Source: Basidiobolus meristosporus CBS 931.73 (taxonomy: Eukaryota; Fungi; Basidiobolomycota). Taken from it: a stretch of DNA of 64,000 bases. Both the position numbers and the translations under genes were made by a program. Location of the stretch: positions 1-64,000 of the forward strand of contig MCFE01000145.1 of assembly GCA_002104905.1 (NCBI GenBank), read 5' to 3'. The notes beneath the pieces were generated by a model, which saw only the letters and a program-made list of their open reading frames with translations, was not told the DNA's origin and did not search any database. This document shows positions 51,414 to 63,409 of the stretch, piece by piece. Positions within the stretch are counted from its first letter, which is position 1; the number at the start of each line of letters is the position of its first letter.

Positions 51414-51734
51414 ATAAAGCAAGGAAAGCACTATTCTGAGCAACATAAGTAAGATTGAGTAAAATTACCAGTAACTGTATCATACCACTGGCATCATGGT
51501 AGAAATTATAGTGCCAGATGATGCCGTAGTGTGCCAGATTGATCCGGCATTATAAACAGGCTGGCACTATGTGGCACTATCCAACAGAACAAGTCTATTA
51601 TGTACTAACCCTGAATCCATTACACACTGCTGCTGAATGTTGAGAAACTCTCCTTACTTGGTGTTACAGCTGTATTACTTCTACAAAGGTATAAATACTG
51701 AGCCTCTGTATTAATCAATGACAGTTGAGCTATT

Positions 51735-52468
51735 AGACTTGTTCCATTGGATAGTGCCACATTGAGCCATGGGTGCCAAATGATGCCATAGTGCGCCAGA
51801 GAGGCCAAGTGAGCCACTACCTGGCCACAGAGTGTGAAACATAGCTCTGCATCTTCATGTAAAGCAGCCCCTGTGTTTCACCCATTGTGTTGGAGAAAAT
51901 CCATTTTTTGACCTTTTTTTTTGGATCAATGTTGTGCAGGATGTGTTAGAGCACAAGCAGATTGAAGATATGCATCTGGTACTCAATACCCATGGCACTC
52001 TGAATATAGCTCCTGTAGCTTGTATCATGTCACAAAAAGGAATGGCACTATCTTGGTCCACTGGTACTATCTGGCACTATAAGTGCTTTGTATAGATGTT
52101 ATGTTAGGGCTAATATTTAAATATAGTGCCAGATAGTACCAGTGGACCAAGATAGTGCCATTCATTTTTGTGACATGATAGAAGCTACAGGAGCTAAATT
52201 CAGAGTGCCATGGGTATTGAGTACCAGATGCATATCTTCAGTTCTCCTGTGCTCTTACACATCCTGAGCTACATTGATCCACAAAAAAAGGTCAAAAAAT
52301 GGATTTTCTCTTGCGCAATGGGTGAAACACAGGGGCTGCTTTGCATGAAGATGCAGAGCTATGTTTCACACTCTGTGGCCAAGTATGGGCTCACTTGGCC
52401 TCTCTGGCACACTATGGCATCATTTGGCACTCATGGCTCAATGTGACACTATCCAATGGAACAAGTCT
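51735..52468. mobile_element. 734-bp foldback MITE (long type)
   Basis: Arms 51735-52080 and 52123-52468 (346 bp each) around a 42-bp loop. Flanks ATT/GTT. Confidence 0.9.
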
Positions 52469-52520
52469 GTTATCATTTATCAACACTTCTTGAATTTCTA
52501 CAGTTTTAAGATAAGGAAGT

Positions 52521-52731
52521 AGACTTGTTCCATCATTCCGGCTGATCATAGTGCCAAATAGTGCCTTAGCATGCAAGATGGTGCCTGATCATGCCACAGA
52601 GTGCCAGATGGTGCCATACAGTGCCAATTTGGGATCAAAATTGACATGCATATGACCCTAAAATTTCAAATTAACAATAAAATATACAGCACTCTCTGGC
52701 ACTATGATCAATGGTACAATGGAACAAGTCT
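52521..52731. mobile_element. 211-bp PHIS-family MITE (short type)
   Basis: Inverted copy of 41905-42115, with AGT/AGT target duplication. Confidence 0.9.
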
Positions 52732-52952
52732 AGTGAGGAGTCTCACAAAGAACCAATTAAAAGCCTCTTATGTACCTTCTTGAAAAGTGACTCAAACCAG
52801 ATTTATTATGTGATCTAAGGTTATGGTCAGGCAAAATGTCCTTACAGCATCAATATCTCTTGATCATTAAATTTGAATCTTGTAAGGGACATTTGACAGG
52901 AACAGCCCAATTAGCTTATATAGGGGTAATTAGATGCATACTCTAGGATATT

Positions 52953-53685
52953 AGACTTGTTCAGTTGGATAGTGCCACATTGAGCCATGAGTGCCAAACA
53001 ATGCCATAGTGTGCCAGAGAGGCCAAGTGAACCTATACTTGGCCACAGAGTGTGAAACATAGATCTGCATCTTCATGCAAAGCAGCCCCTGTGTTTCACC
53101 TATGATGCAGGGGAAAATCTATTTTTGACGTTTTTTTGTGGATCAATGTTATGCAGGATGTGTAAGAGAACAGAAGAACTGAAGACATGCATCAGGTACC
53201 CAATACCCATGGCACTCTGAATCTAGCTCCTGTGGCTTTTAACATGTCACAACAATGCATGGCACTATCTTGGTCCACTGGTACTATCTGGCACTATATT
53301 TAAATATTAGCCCTAAAGTAAGATCTATACAAAGCACTTATAGTGCCAGATAGTACCAGTGGACCAAGATAGTGCCATGCATAGTTGTGACATGTTAAAA
53401 GCCACAGTAGCTAGATTCAGAGTGCCTTGGGTATTGAGTACCAAATGCATATTTTCAATCCTTTTGTGCTCTTACACATCCTGCACAACATTGACCTAAA
53501 AAAAAAGGTCAAAAAATGGATTTTCTCCAACACATTTGGTGAAACACAGGGGCTGCTTTGCATGAAGATGCAGATCTATGTTTCACACTCTGTGGCCAAG
53601 TATAGGCTCACTTAGCCTCCCTGGCACACTATGGCATCATTTGGCACTCATGGCTCAATGTGGCACTATCCAACAGAACAAGTCT
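52953..53685. mobile_element. 733-bp foldback MITE (long type)
   Basis: Same arms; loop in the opposite orientation to the 42373 and 51735 copies. ATT/ATT duplication. Confidence 0.9.
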
Positions 53686-53774
53686 ATTATGTACCTCAAG
53701 ACAATAATGGATTACTGTAGCCCAAAACCTCCCACCTTTTTATTCATACCCATACTGCAAGATCCAGTAACTTT

Positions 53775-56700
53775 CACTATGAGAAATTATTGAGATGATC
53801 CTGTCAAAAGGCCATCACAAAGTTAATGTCCCATGACTGAGAGGTACTGAACTCATCAGGACACTGTCCAGAGATTGTTGAAAAATAATTGCACCCCAGA
53901 TATCACAAAAAACTTTGTCAGAATTTTTGATCATAACAATGTGTAAGCGGCTTTTGATTGGTTCCCTGCCAATTTGCTCACTTTCTGATCCCAGACACTC
54001 TATTGCCTCCTATGTTTGTGTCAAGTGATTGGCTATTGCCTCTTCCTCATACTCCTTACTTCCTGACTCAACCGTTTCTCTTACTTTTCATGCGTACAAA
54101 CTGATTTATTTCCGTTGAAACTTCAGTTGCACCTCAATTGCCAATTGTATTGACCTATACAAGTCTCTATACCATACACTAACATTAAGCCCAGCCCCAC
54201 ACTCAACAAGTAACTCCATTAAAATTCACCACTCAATAAGTATTTCTGCTGTGACACTCTGGTTCCACAACTTTGGTGGGAACCCAATGGCTTTATGCCA
54301 CTTTTCATTACTGGTTCCCACATGTCATGGTCTTCAGCCAGCACTGCAAGGTCTAGCTCCTCATCTGCCAGTCTTTGCAATAAATCCTTGAAATATTCCA
54401 GTGCGTTTTCTTGAGCACTGCTCTTGAAGAAGTGCTGCAACCTCTTGGTGTGCCTATTAATGTTCCAAACTCCACTGAAGGCATTGTGATAGTCTTTTGC
54501 GCTCTTGATGTTGTAGCCTTGTCTGTCAGTGGGATCTCCACTCTGTCAACAATGGAGTCTGTGGAGGCTGTGGTAGACAAATTGCCTTTTTCCGCAAACT
54601 CATCTACATTGCTGGAGTGTAGCTCAACTGGCTGCGCTTCCAACTCATGTGAAAACAGCTGTTTTCTTGTTAGTAATTCTTCTTGGCTATGATGGGATTC
54701 AGTCTGTTCCTGGCTTGCAGCGTTAAGTGGCAAGAACTGCAGTTTTTTTTGCATGCCTCCCTGTCTCAGGCTTGGGTAGACATTTTTCCCTTTGCCTTTT
54801 CCTTTATCAATCCCAGGTCTTTCACTGCTACTTTGACTGGGTGCTTCTTGAATGGCACTACGCTTTTTCCTTGATAAATGTTGTGCTGGTGCATCCATGT
54901 CTGCTGGCTTGTCCTTAATTGACACTCTTTCAGCTGCCTGATGTCTCTTTGACGCTTATCTGGAGCTTTTGGCCCTGCTTGTAACAGGCTTTTGAGGAAG
55001 CTGCCAGTTTTTAGCCATGGCACCCTTGTTCTTCTGCCTTCAATAGTTTCTGCTATTCTTAAGATACTTTCTTAGTATACCAATGCTGGCCCAAAATCTG
55101 TTTGCCCATTTGAATCCAGGATAATGCTCATGGAACAAGTCAAGTGCATTCTGCTTGGCCTTGAGTTCCTGATGGTCCCATGGTATGCCGGCCTCAAAGT
55201 GATGGTGAGCCAGACTTCAGACAGCCTCTTAAATATTACCCCACTCTTCATTATTGCACTCAACAGCTTCACAGATGTTCAATGTCTTTTGATTTTTAGG
55301 CTTGGGTACAAGCACCACATGGTCTCCCTCCCACTCTGTGATAGATATTTCTGTGGGCTTTATCTTTGGGCACTGTTGTTGTGCCTCAAAGACTGTACAG
55401 TGTTCCTCTGCTGTTACATTGGGAAATGGCTCAATCCTTGGATGTTACATTGAGCTACTTGAGTTCCTTCTTTGCATAAAGATACTGCTTTCTCTACCTT
55501 GGATATTGATTGCTCTACACATATTATCTGCTCATCCTGTTTCTGGACTACTTTCTGATTTCTCTGGGCCATTGCATCTATCCTATCAGCTACTGTACCT
55601 ATTTGCTTCATTAATGCTTTAGTATAAGCTGACAATGTACTTGCCAATATGGGTGGTGGTAATGTTGTCATGGCCACTTGCTGATCTTCAACAGAGGGTA
55701 CTGCGTTTGCTACATTCTCATCTGCCTGAACATAATGATCAGCTTGTGGCTCTGCAGAGGTTCTCAGTTGCCTACTTGACTGAGAGCCTGAGGAGTCCGG
55801 ATTATTAACTTCAATGGGCACACTGTCCACAGGGCCTTTTTTGGATGTAGCCCTGCTTGTTACACTGAATGTCAAAGCAAGCTGTGGTCCAACAGTTCTT
55901 CTGTTGCCATCAGCAGTGGGGTTTGGTTGGGAACCAGAAAACTTTGCTTTATTTTTTGGCAGCATATATATGGAAGTGAGTCAAACCAAAGGGGAAGTAG
56001 TGTTACATATACATGTGTATGTGGTGCCACAACTTTATTTATCATGCTTACTATTGCGGGTCATCATTGAATCTTACATTCATGTAGGTGCAATGTCTCA
56101 GATAGAAGACTGTCTTAAGTTCACATGAGTATTGAGCAAAAAGTGATATAATAGCATTACGTTGTTGAAGGTCAAACTGTTTGCCCATCGACAAGACTAC
56201 TTTGACTCAATGCTGTAAGAGAAGAGAAAAAAGACCATGTGGCTATTGTGGCAAGCCTATCAGCCATGAAGCATGCAGACAGCATAGGAAGTATTACAAG
56301 GATCACGGCCAGTGTTTTGCCACACAAGTCATATTTGACCATTCATTGGTCACTACTGTACCAACATTATCTTGCCAGCCAGTTGATACTTCTATATTGG
56401 CACCTGGCCATCTTTGTCACCTTGCATAAACTGAGTCAGGTGAGTTTGTGACGCCTTTAGGCTCACCTCAGCCTTCTGAATATGGCATGCAGAGTGATAG
56501 CTCTGACACAGAAGGTTCACTGATGGATTTTGAGCCTATCTCCCCTAACAACAGTACCATGTATGAGCCTGGTCAAATCCCTTTATGCAATAAGACAACA
56601 CCCGTTGAAACAAATGCCAAGGATACTTTATGGAGCCAAGGGAGTGCAGAAATCCATTGACTGGTGAATGATGTAATGTTTTGGCTAGAGAAGTGGTGTG

Positions 56701-58760
56701 TTTCCACTAATATCAGTAATGGGGGCTTTGAGGATATTACAACTTCTTGCCAATATCATACTGGAATGCAACTTACCGTGTACATGGTACAAGTTGACAA
56801 CCGTCATGTGGCTGCCAACATATGATCCAGTGACTGTCCAATATATTTGACTGCAAACACTAAAAGCAGCTAAGAAGCAAGGGCTACTTTGAAGGTATGT
56901 ATGACCATGCCTTTGCTTTAGCTCTTGATGGATTCTCATTAAACAAGAACTCTACCAGCAAATCCTGATGGCCACTAATTCACATCAATCTGAATCTGCT
57001 GCCCATCTTATGGTATCAGAGCAATAATCTGATAGTAGTCTCACTGGTATCTGGGCCAAAATCACCATCCAACCTGGATAGCTACCTGTATCCATTGCTG
57101 GATAAACTTTGTATGCTTTCCAGCAGGATAACAATAAATGGCCATCATGTAAAAGCACATATTATTATCTGAATTGGAGATACCCCAGGCATCAGCAAGA
57201 TAGCAGGTTTTTCTGGGCACAATGGATGGTATTGCTGTTGAATGTGTGAGATCCAGGGGATCTACTCCATAACTCACACACATTATTATTACCCAAACAC
57301 CAGCACTAACAACATTCTCTTTCCACAGAGAGAACGTACAGAAGTAAGCATGCAAATGCAGCAAAGTTGGCAAGCTATAAGCCATTGGCCAGAATATGGA
57401 ATCAATTGGAAACCGGAGATACTTAAGATAGAGGGTATCTGTTGGAAAAAAAGCTTTTCACTGGGAGCAATGCATTTGATGTTCAACAATATGCCTATAC
57501 TGATGACCAAGTAGTACATGGGGCATTTCAAGCAAAATGAGCCCTTCAAGATACCGGAGAAATTTGAAAAAATTGGCAAGATATTACAGAGTATCTGCTA
57601 CCCTAAGTACTTCTCATGGGCTCCAATTAATATTCATATGCATATGCAACAATACAAATGCAAAGACTGGATGAACTGGATATGTATTTATTCAAGTGGT
57701 GTTGTGAAGCCATTCCTACCAAGAGTATATTGGAAGTATTGGGAGTCATATGTGGACAATATTGGAATATTTATCCAGAAACGGATCACCAATGCCAACT
57801 TAACGCATCTACAGCTGTTATGTGAGTAGCTTGTAACAGGATTGAGTGGCTATACTACAAACATAAAGCTGAACTTGTAGATTTCTGTCGCTACTGTATC
57901 CATTCTCTACTCCATCTTGCATGGTGTGTGGAGAATATTGGGCCTTGCTTCACCTTTTGGGAGTTTCCTATGGAGCAGATGTGTGGGGAGATATGAAGAC
58001 AAGTCAAGTTGCAGGTACTACCATATCCCAATCTCATTAAGAATATTACCTTCAAGTCCGTCATTGATGTGATGAGTTTGCAAATGGAGGACAGCCAGAA
58101 AGAGTTGGAAAATGCTGAGGACAAATGAGCACATGGAGACACCTATGCCTATGGCATTAATAGACTAAGCAGCCCCAATGCGTGGGTAATCAGTTAAGTA
58201 ATGCAAAGTTGGGTTGGGTGCAACAAGCAACTAATTTTTATCAGTAAAACTTCACCAAGATATGCTGGATTTCTCATGGTTACAAGCCAACTTCTACACT
58301 ATTCAATACAGAATTCACACAAACAAAAGCCAGAGCGCACCTAAAAGGGGGACTAGAATCCAGCAGGGAGAAGGAATATATTGGCTAAATACCAAGAAGT
58401 TCTTTGCCAATATTCCGGAGGTATTCATGGCAGAAGTGGCAACAACCAAGCATACGTTTGCAAGATGCATATGCTACCAGCAGTACAAAGTATATGGCAA
58501 CTTTGCAAGTATCACACTAAAAAGCGGCAAAGTTGAGGTGATAGAAGTATGTCAATTGTGGCAGGTGTGCGCATTTGTAGAGGTTAGTAAGCCGGAGGTC
58601 ATAGTTTTTTTTGATTTAAACTATATGTGGAGTACCTAAGGTAGTAGTGGGTAAGCAAATAAAGAAAGATGATTCTTCAGTGGAATATATGAATTGCACA
58701 AGGGGAGGTAGAAAAAGGAAATACCATTTGGTAAATTGGTACAGTAGCATTATACACAAC
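53775..58760 (+). mobile_element. CACTA/EnSpm element copy B: minus-strand accessory ORF (about 55965-54050) and plus-strand Tnp2-type transposase pseudogene (about 56090-58760)
   Basis: CGYCGKPISH zinc finger, ALALDGFSLN..WPLIHINLNLLP..SGPKSPSNLDSYLYPLLD (Transposase_21-like) and EWLYY..CIHSLLHLA..IGPCFTFWEFPMEQMCG..LPYPNL. Internally deleted and decayed; termini not identified. Confidence 0.9.
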
Positions 58761-58911
58761 CAGCTGCAGGCCGTCATACTGCCAAGAAAAAGCCATCAGA
58801 GTCTTGCTGTGAGGCTGTCAAAATACCGTCAAGTTTCTTGCTATATAATGCAATTGGAAGTCCTGTCCAACTGGATCCACTTAAAAGAGTAATAGAGCGC
58901 TGAAAGACCGC

Positions 58912-59991
58912 TGTAGTGGGGTCACAGTGACACCCCCAGGCAGATGTGCTCATTCTCATGCGTTCACTTCCCTAAAAAGGATTACCCCCCCTATATTATT
59001 ATCATCCCAAATTTGCAATATTTCCTATTTTTGTCTATGTGATTATTACTATACAACCTGACAAACTATTTGTCACTATTAACCCATTGCACAAGCTATT
59101 CTTATTCCTTGCCGAGATGCAAAGATAAGATAGTTACCATATAAGGCAAGTACCCCAACAGTGCCCATGTCATGTGACCGTCTTGGTTTCATAACCTTCC
59201 CATCTTACTACCATAAGAGGCAACCACATGACACAGAGGTTTCATATTACCACTACCTGATTGGCTAGGTGCTACTATGTCTCATGGAACAATCCGCCAA
59301 GAATTTGCGCTATTTTTAGTACACAAAGACATGATTGGTTGTCTACCACCTTCTGGAAACTTCTGGAAAGTATTTTCTAGCAAGAATCTGAGCAGCAAAA
59401 AAGTATATAAGGGAGGCTATCCCTTAAAATAAATCATCCCTCTTCCAATATTCAGACTTATTGATTAGTGAGATCACCGCTACCTATTACCACTATTTTC
59501 TGACTCAGACCTGACAATACTCCCAGGAAACCGCGCTGACAGCCAACTGACCTTGGAGGCACTACTTGTGAGGAATACTCAGAGTAGGTATATTTTATTA
59601 TATTTGATTATTTTCCCAAGTTTGTTCTTGTACAGGCAGAGAAACTTTTCAGTCTTTGTAACTATTGGTCAAAGCTGCATTCTTATCAAGTCCCTGTTGG
59701 TGGAGTTTACAGTTGTTTTGACTTTGGAAGCTTTAGTACATTGTCATCTCAAAGGACGTCAAAGCCATTATAAACTTTTGTTAAGACGCCAACTAAGTTG
59801 GGGATTGTAGTTCAATAGTTTTCCCTTGACAAGCTTGAGGCTTTATCCCCCTTCACACTAGATTAGACAAAAGATCCAGTATTCCTAGCAAGCTTTTGCC
59901 AGAGGTTATCCCACCCAGTGAACACCCCACACACATTCACACTTGAGAAGTGTTGGCCGTATTTTGCCCTTTGGACTTATACAACACCACA
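58912..59991 (+). mobile_element. Solo LTR, 1080 bp
   Basis: TGTAGTGG...CACCACA ends with a perfect CCGC/CCGC target duplication. About 95% identical by eye to 60396-61474. Confidence 0.92.
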
Positions 59992-60395
59992 CCGCAACAA
60001 TGCCATGCAAATATTGTCACAGCACCAATCAAAAATTGTCACATTTTATCCCTTGATTTGACTGTAAAATTTGCAAAACACCGTCATGATCTTGCTACAA
60101 GATTGTCAGGAGGGTTGCTGATTCCAAGCTGCTGTTATTATGACAGTCTCTAAATGGGATCTTGACGGATGATCCGGATTGGATCCACCTGCAGGACCAT
60201 ATTATTTTTCATAGGGTTTGGAATCTAGTAAGTTAGAGTCTATTGTGTACCATATTGGGGAAGAACCAAAATATCTCTACATGGTGATGTGAAAAGGTTG
60301 TGAAGCAAACACAACCCCTGGAAGCTATACTTCAACTTTGAAGAAGTTGCCATTCTTAGCTAATAGACTTGTTCCTTCATGCCGTGCCAGGGCAC

Positions 60396-61474
60396 TGTAG
60401 TGGGGTCACAGTGACACCCACAGGCAGATGTGCTCATTCTCATACATTCACTTCCCTAAAAAAGGATTACCCCCCCTATATTAGTATCATCCCAAATTGC
60501 AATATTCTCTATTCTGTCTATGTGATTATTACTATGCAACCTGACAAACTATTTGTCACTATTAACCCATTGCACAAGCTATTCCTATTCCTTGCCAAGA
60601 TGCCAAGATAAGATAGTTACCATATAAGGCAAGTACCCCAACAGTGCCCATGTCATGTGACCGTCTTGGTTTCATAACCCTCCTATCCCACTACCATAAG
60701 AGGCAACCACATGACACAGGGGTTTCATATTGCCACTACCTGATTGGCCAGGTGCTACTATGTCTCATGGAACAATCCGCCAAGAATTTGCGCTATTTTT
60801 AGTACACAATGACATGATTGGCTGTCTACTACCTTCTGGAAACTTCCGGAAAGTATTTTCTAGCAAGAAATTGAGCAGCAAAAAAGTATATAAAGGAGGC
60901 TATCCCTTAAAATAAATCATCCCTCTTCCAATATTCCGACTTATTGATTAGTGAGATCACTGCTACCTATTACCACCATTTTCTGACGCAGACCTGACAA
61001 CACTCCCAGGAAACCGTGCTGACAGCCAACTGACCTTGGAGGCACTACTTGTGAGGAATACTCAGAGTAGGTATATTTTATTATATTTGATTATTTTCCC
61101 AAGTTTGTTCTTGTACAGGCAGAGAAACTTTTCAGTCTTTGTAACTATTGGTCAAAGCTGCATTCTTATCAAGTCCCTGTTGGTGGAGTTTACAGTTGTT
61201 TTGACTTTGGAAGCTTTAGTACATTGTCATCTCAAAGGACGTTGAAGCCATTATAAACTTTTGTTAAGACGCCAACTAAGTTGGGGATTGTAGTTCAATA
61301 GTTTTCCCTTGACAAGCTTGAGGCTTTATCCCCCATCACATTAGATTAGACAAAAGACCCAGTATTCCTAGCAAGCTTTTGCCAGAGGTTATTGCACCCA
61401 GTGAACACCCCACACACATTCACACTTGAGAAGTGTTGGCAGTATTTTGCCCTCTGGACTTATACACCACCACA
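60396..61474 (+). mobile_element. Solo LTR, 1079 bp, inserted 31 bp inside the PHIS left end
   Basis: TGTAGTGG...CCACCACA ends. Flanks GCAC/GCGC fit a GCGC duplication with one CpG->CpA change. Confidence 0.92.
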
Positions 61475-62675
61475 GCGCATGGCGCAATCCGCATTTGTCA
61501 AGAACAATTGGGCGCAATATTCTAGCTACCAGAAGGCAGGATTGTTCTTGGACAATTTTACACTATGCGGGACAATCTTGCACACTATGGCACAATCTGA
61601 CACAATGAGGTTGGCACAGATGATTGCACCCACTTGTAATGTTTGCATCATGTGCGCAATTGGATACCGCTATTATGGCAGGTAAAATCCGGTATTTGGA
61701 TATGTTTCTTTTATGTAAATGGAAATAAATGTGTATCATACCATAAACTACACTGATACTTACCATTTTGGTTACCCTCACATCAATTGGACAGTATCTC
61801 AGTGGCTAATTGGTCCAAAAGTATCCTGAAGCTGGCAGTCCCCAATTGGCTCAATGACTACTAAAAAAGCTACCTGATTTGCCATCAAATATCCCATTTT
61901 GCCCATGGAGCAAGTAAATCCCTGATCCTACTGATTGGACAAGGGGTCATAGCTAGCACGCAAGCGATTGTGTAGGTGCAAAACAGATCCAATAGCTGCA
62001 CTGGTAGTACAGATGACGTATATATATGCAGGGTGTTTATTTATAGGGGTTCTGTCTCAAATGTGGGACAACCTTGATATTACTTATATCAAAAATTTGA
62101 TGATCACTGATTTGCAATGGCTTGATTTGGATTGCAAAAAAATGGGTTGTTAGGATCATTACAAATTTGAGCAACTCAAAGCAATTGCATCATCTTCTCC
62201 TGGGTTTTTTTCTAACAGGGATTACTACTGAAGCATTTGGTAGTGACTCACTTTGCACACCTATACTGCTTCCTGGCTGACTATCATCTTGGCTACTTGT
62301 GTATTTGTAGTCAGTATTTTGCCTCCTAGTTGATGAGTGCGGTGCTGCAGCTTGGCCGCGCTGAATTGCTCCAACTGAACCAACTGAACCAGCCTGTAGT
62401 GCCACACGCTGACGCGTTTTTTTACTTGCCAAGGGCTCCGGTGGTTGAGGCACTTCATGTTGGTCATCATTAGTCAGTTCACCAGAAGTAACTTGCTGAT
62501 GGTCAGGCAAAACGGCATGCGCAGGTGCGCCTTGATGTGTTGAGATGGCCCTTGGCTGAGTTTGATGTGATGCTGCATGTTGACACAACTTGGTCCGCTC
62601 CAATGGACTTGTGTCTAAATGAGCAGTTTGGCGAGTTCTCCTAGTTTTGCTCTGAAGCACATGTATTGACTCAAT

Positions 62676-63409
62676 AGACTTGTTCCGTTGGATAGTGCCA
62701 CATTGAGCCATGAGTGCCAAATGATGCCATAGTGTGCCAGGGAGGCCAAGTGAGCCTACACTTGGCCACAGAGTGTGAAACATAGATCTGCATCTTCATG
62801 CAAAGCAGCCCCTATGTCTCACTCATTGTGATGGAGAAAATCCATTTTTAGACCTTTTTTTTTAGGACAATGTTTTACAGGATGTGCAAGAGCACTAAAG
62901 GTTTGAAGATATGCATCTGGTACTGAATACCCATGGCACTATGAATCTAGCTTGTGTGGCTTGTACCATGTCACAAAAATGCATGGCACCATCTTGGTCC
63001 ACTGGCACTATCTGGCACTATATTTAAATATTAGCCCTAAAGTAAGATCAATACAAAGCACTTATAGTGCCAGATAGTACCAGTGGACCAAGATAGTGCC
63101 ATGCATTTTTGTGACATGTTACAAGCCACAAGAGCAAGATTCAAAGTGCAATGGGTATTGAGTACCAGATGTATATCTTTAATCCTTTAGTGCTCTTGCA
63201 CATCCTGCACAATATTAATCCACAAAAAAACATCAAAAAATGGATTTTCTTCTGCATCATTGGTGAAACACAGGGGATTCTTTGCATGAAAATGCAGATC
63301 TATGTTTCACACTCTGTGGCCAAGTATAGGCTCACTTGGTCACTCTGGCACACTATGGCATCATTTGGCACTCATGGCTCAATGTGGCACTATCCAACGG
63401 AGCAAGTCT
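62676..63409. mobile_element. 734-bp foldback MITE inserted in ORF2 of the second PHIS copy
   Basis: AAT/AAT duplication. The empty site is visible in the first copy at about 49415-49430. Confidence 0.92.

Larger units (their letters stand above)
48179..51596. mobile_element. Full-length two-ORF PIF/Harbinger-like (PHIS) DNA transposon, 3418 bp
   Basis: Termini AGACTTGTTCCATC and CAGAACAAGTCT, perfect ATT/ATT target duplication, and divergently transcribed accessory ORF and DDE transposase. Confidence 0.9.

Noticed and set aside
58912-61474. Two near-identical direct LTRs about 400 bp apart, read as one TRIM or internally deleted retroelement
   Set aside because: Each LTR has its own 4-bp target duplication and the second sits inside a PHIS left end, so they are independent solo LTRs.
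62190-62783. 197-aa ORF in the track
   Set aside because: Chimeric reading from the foldback MITE into the eroded ORF2 tail; not a separate gene.
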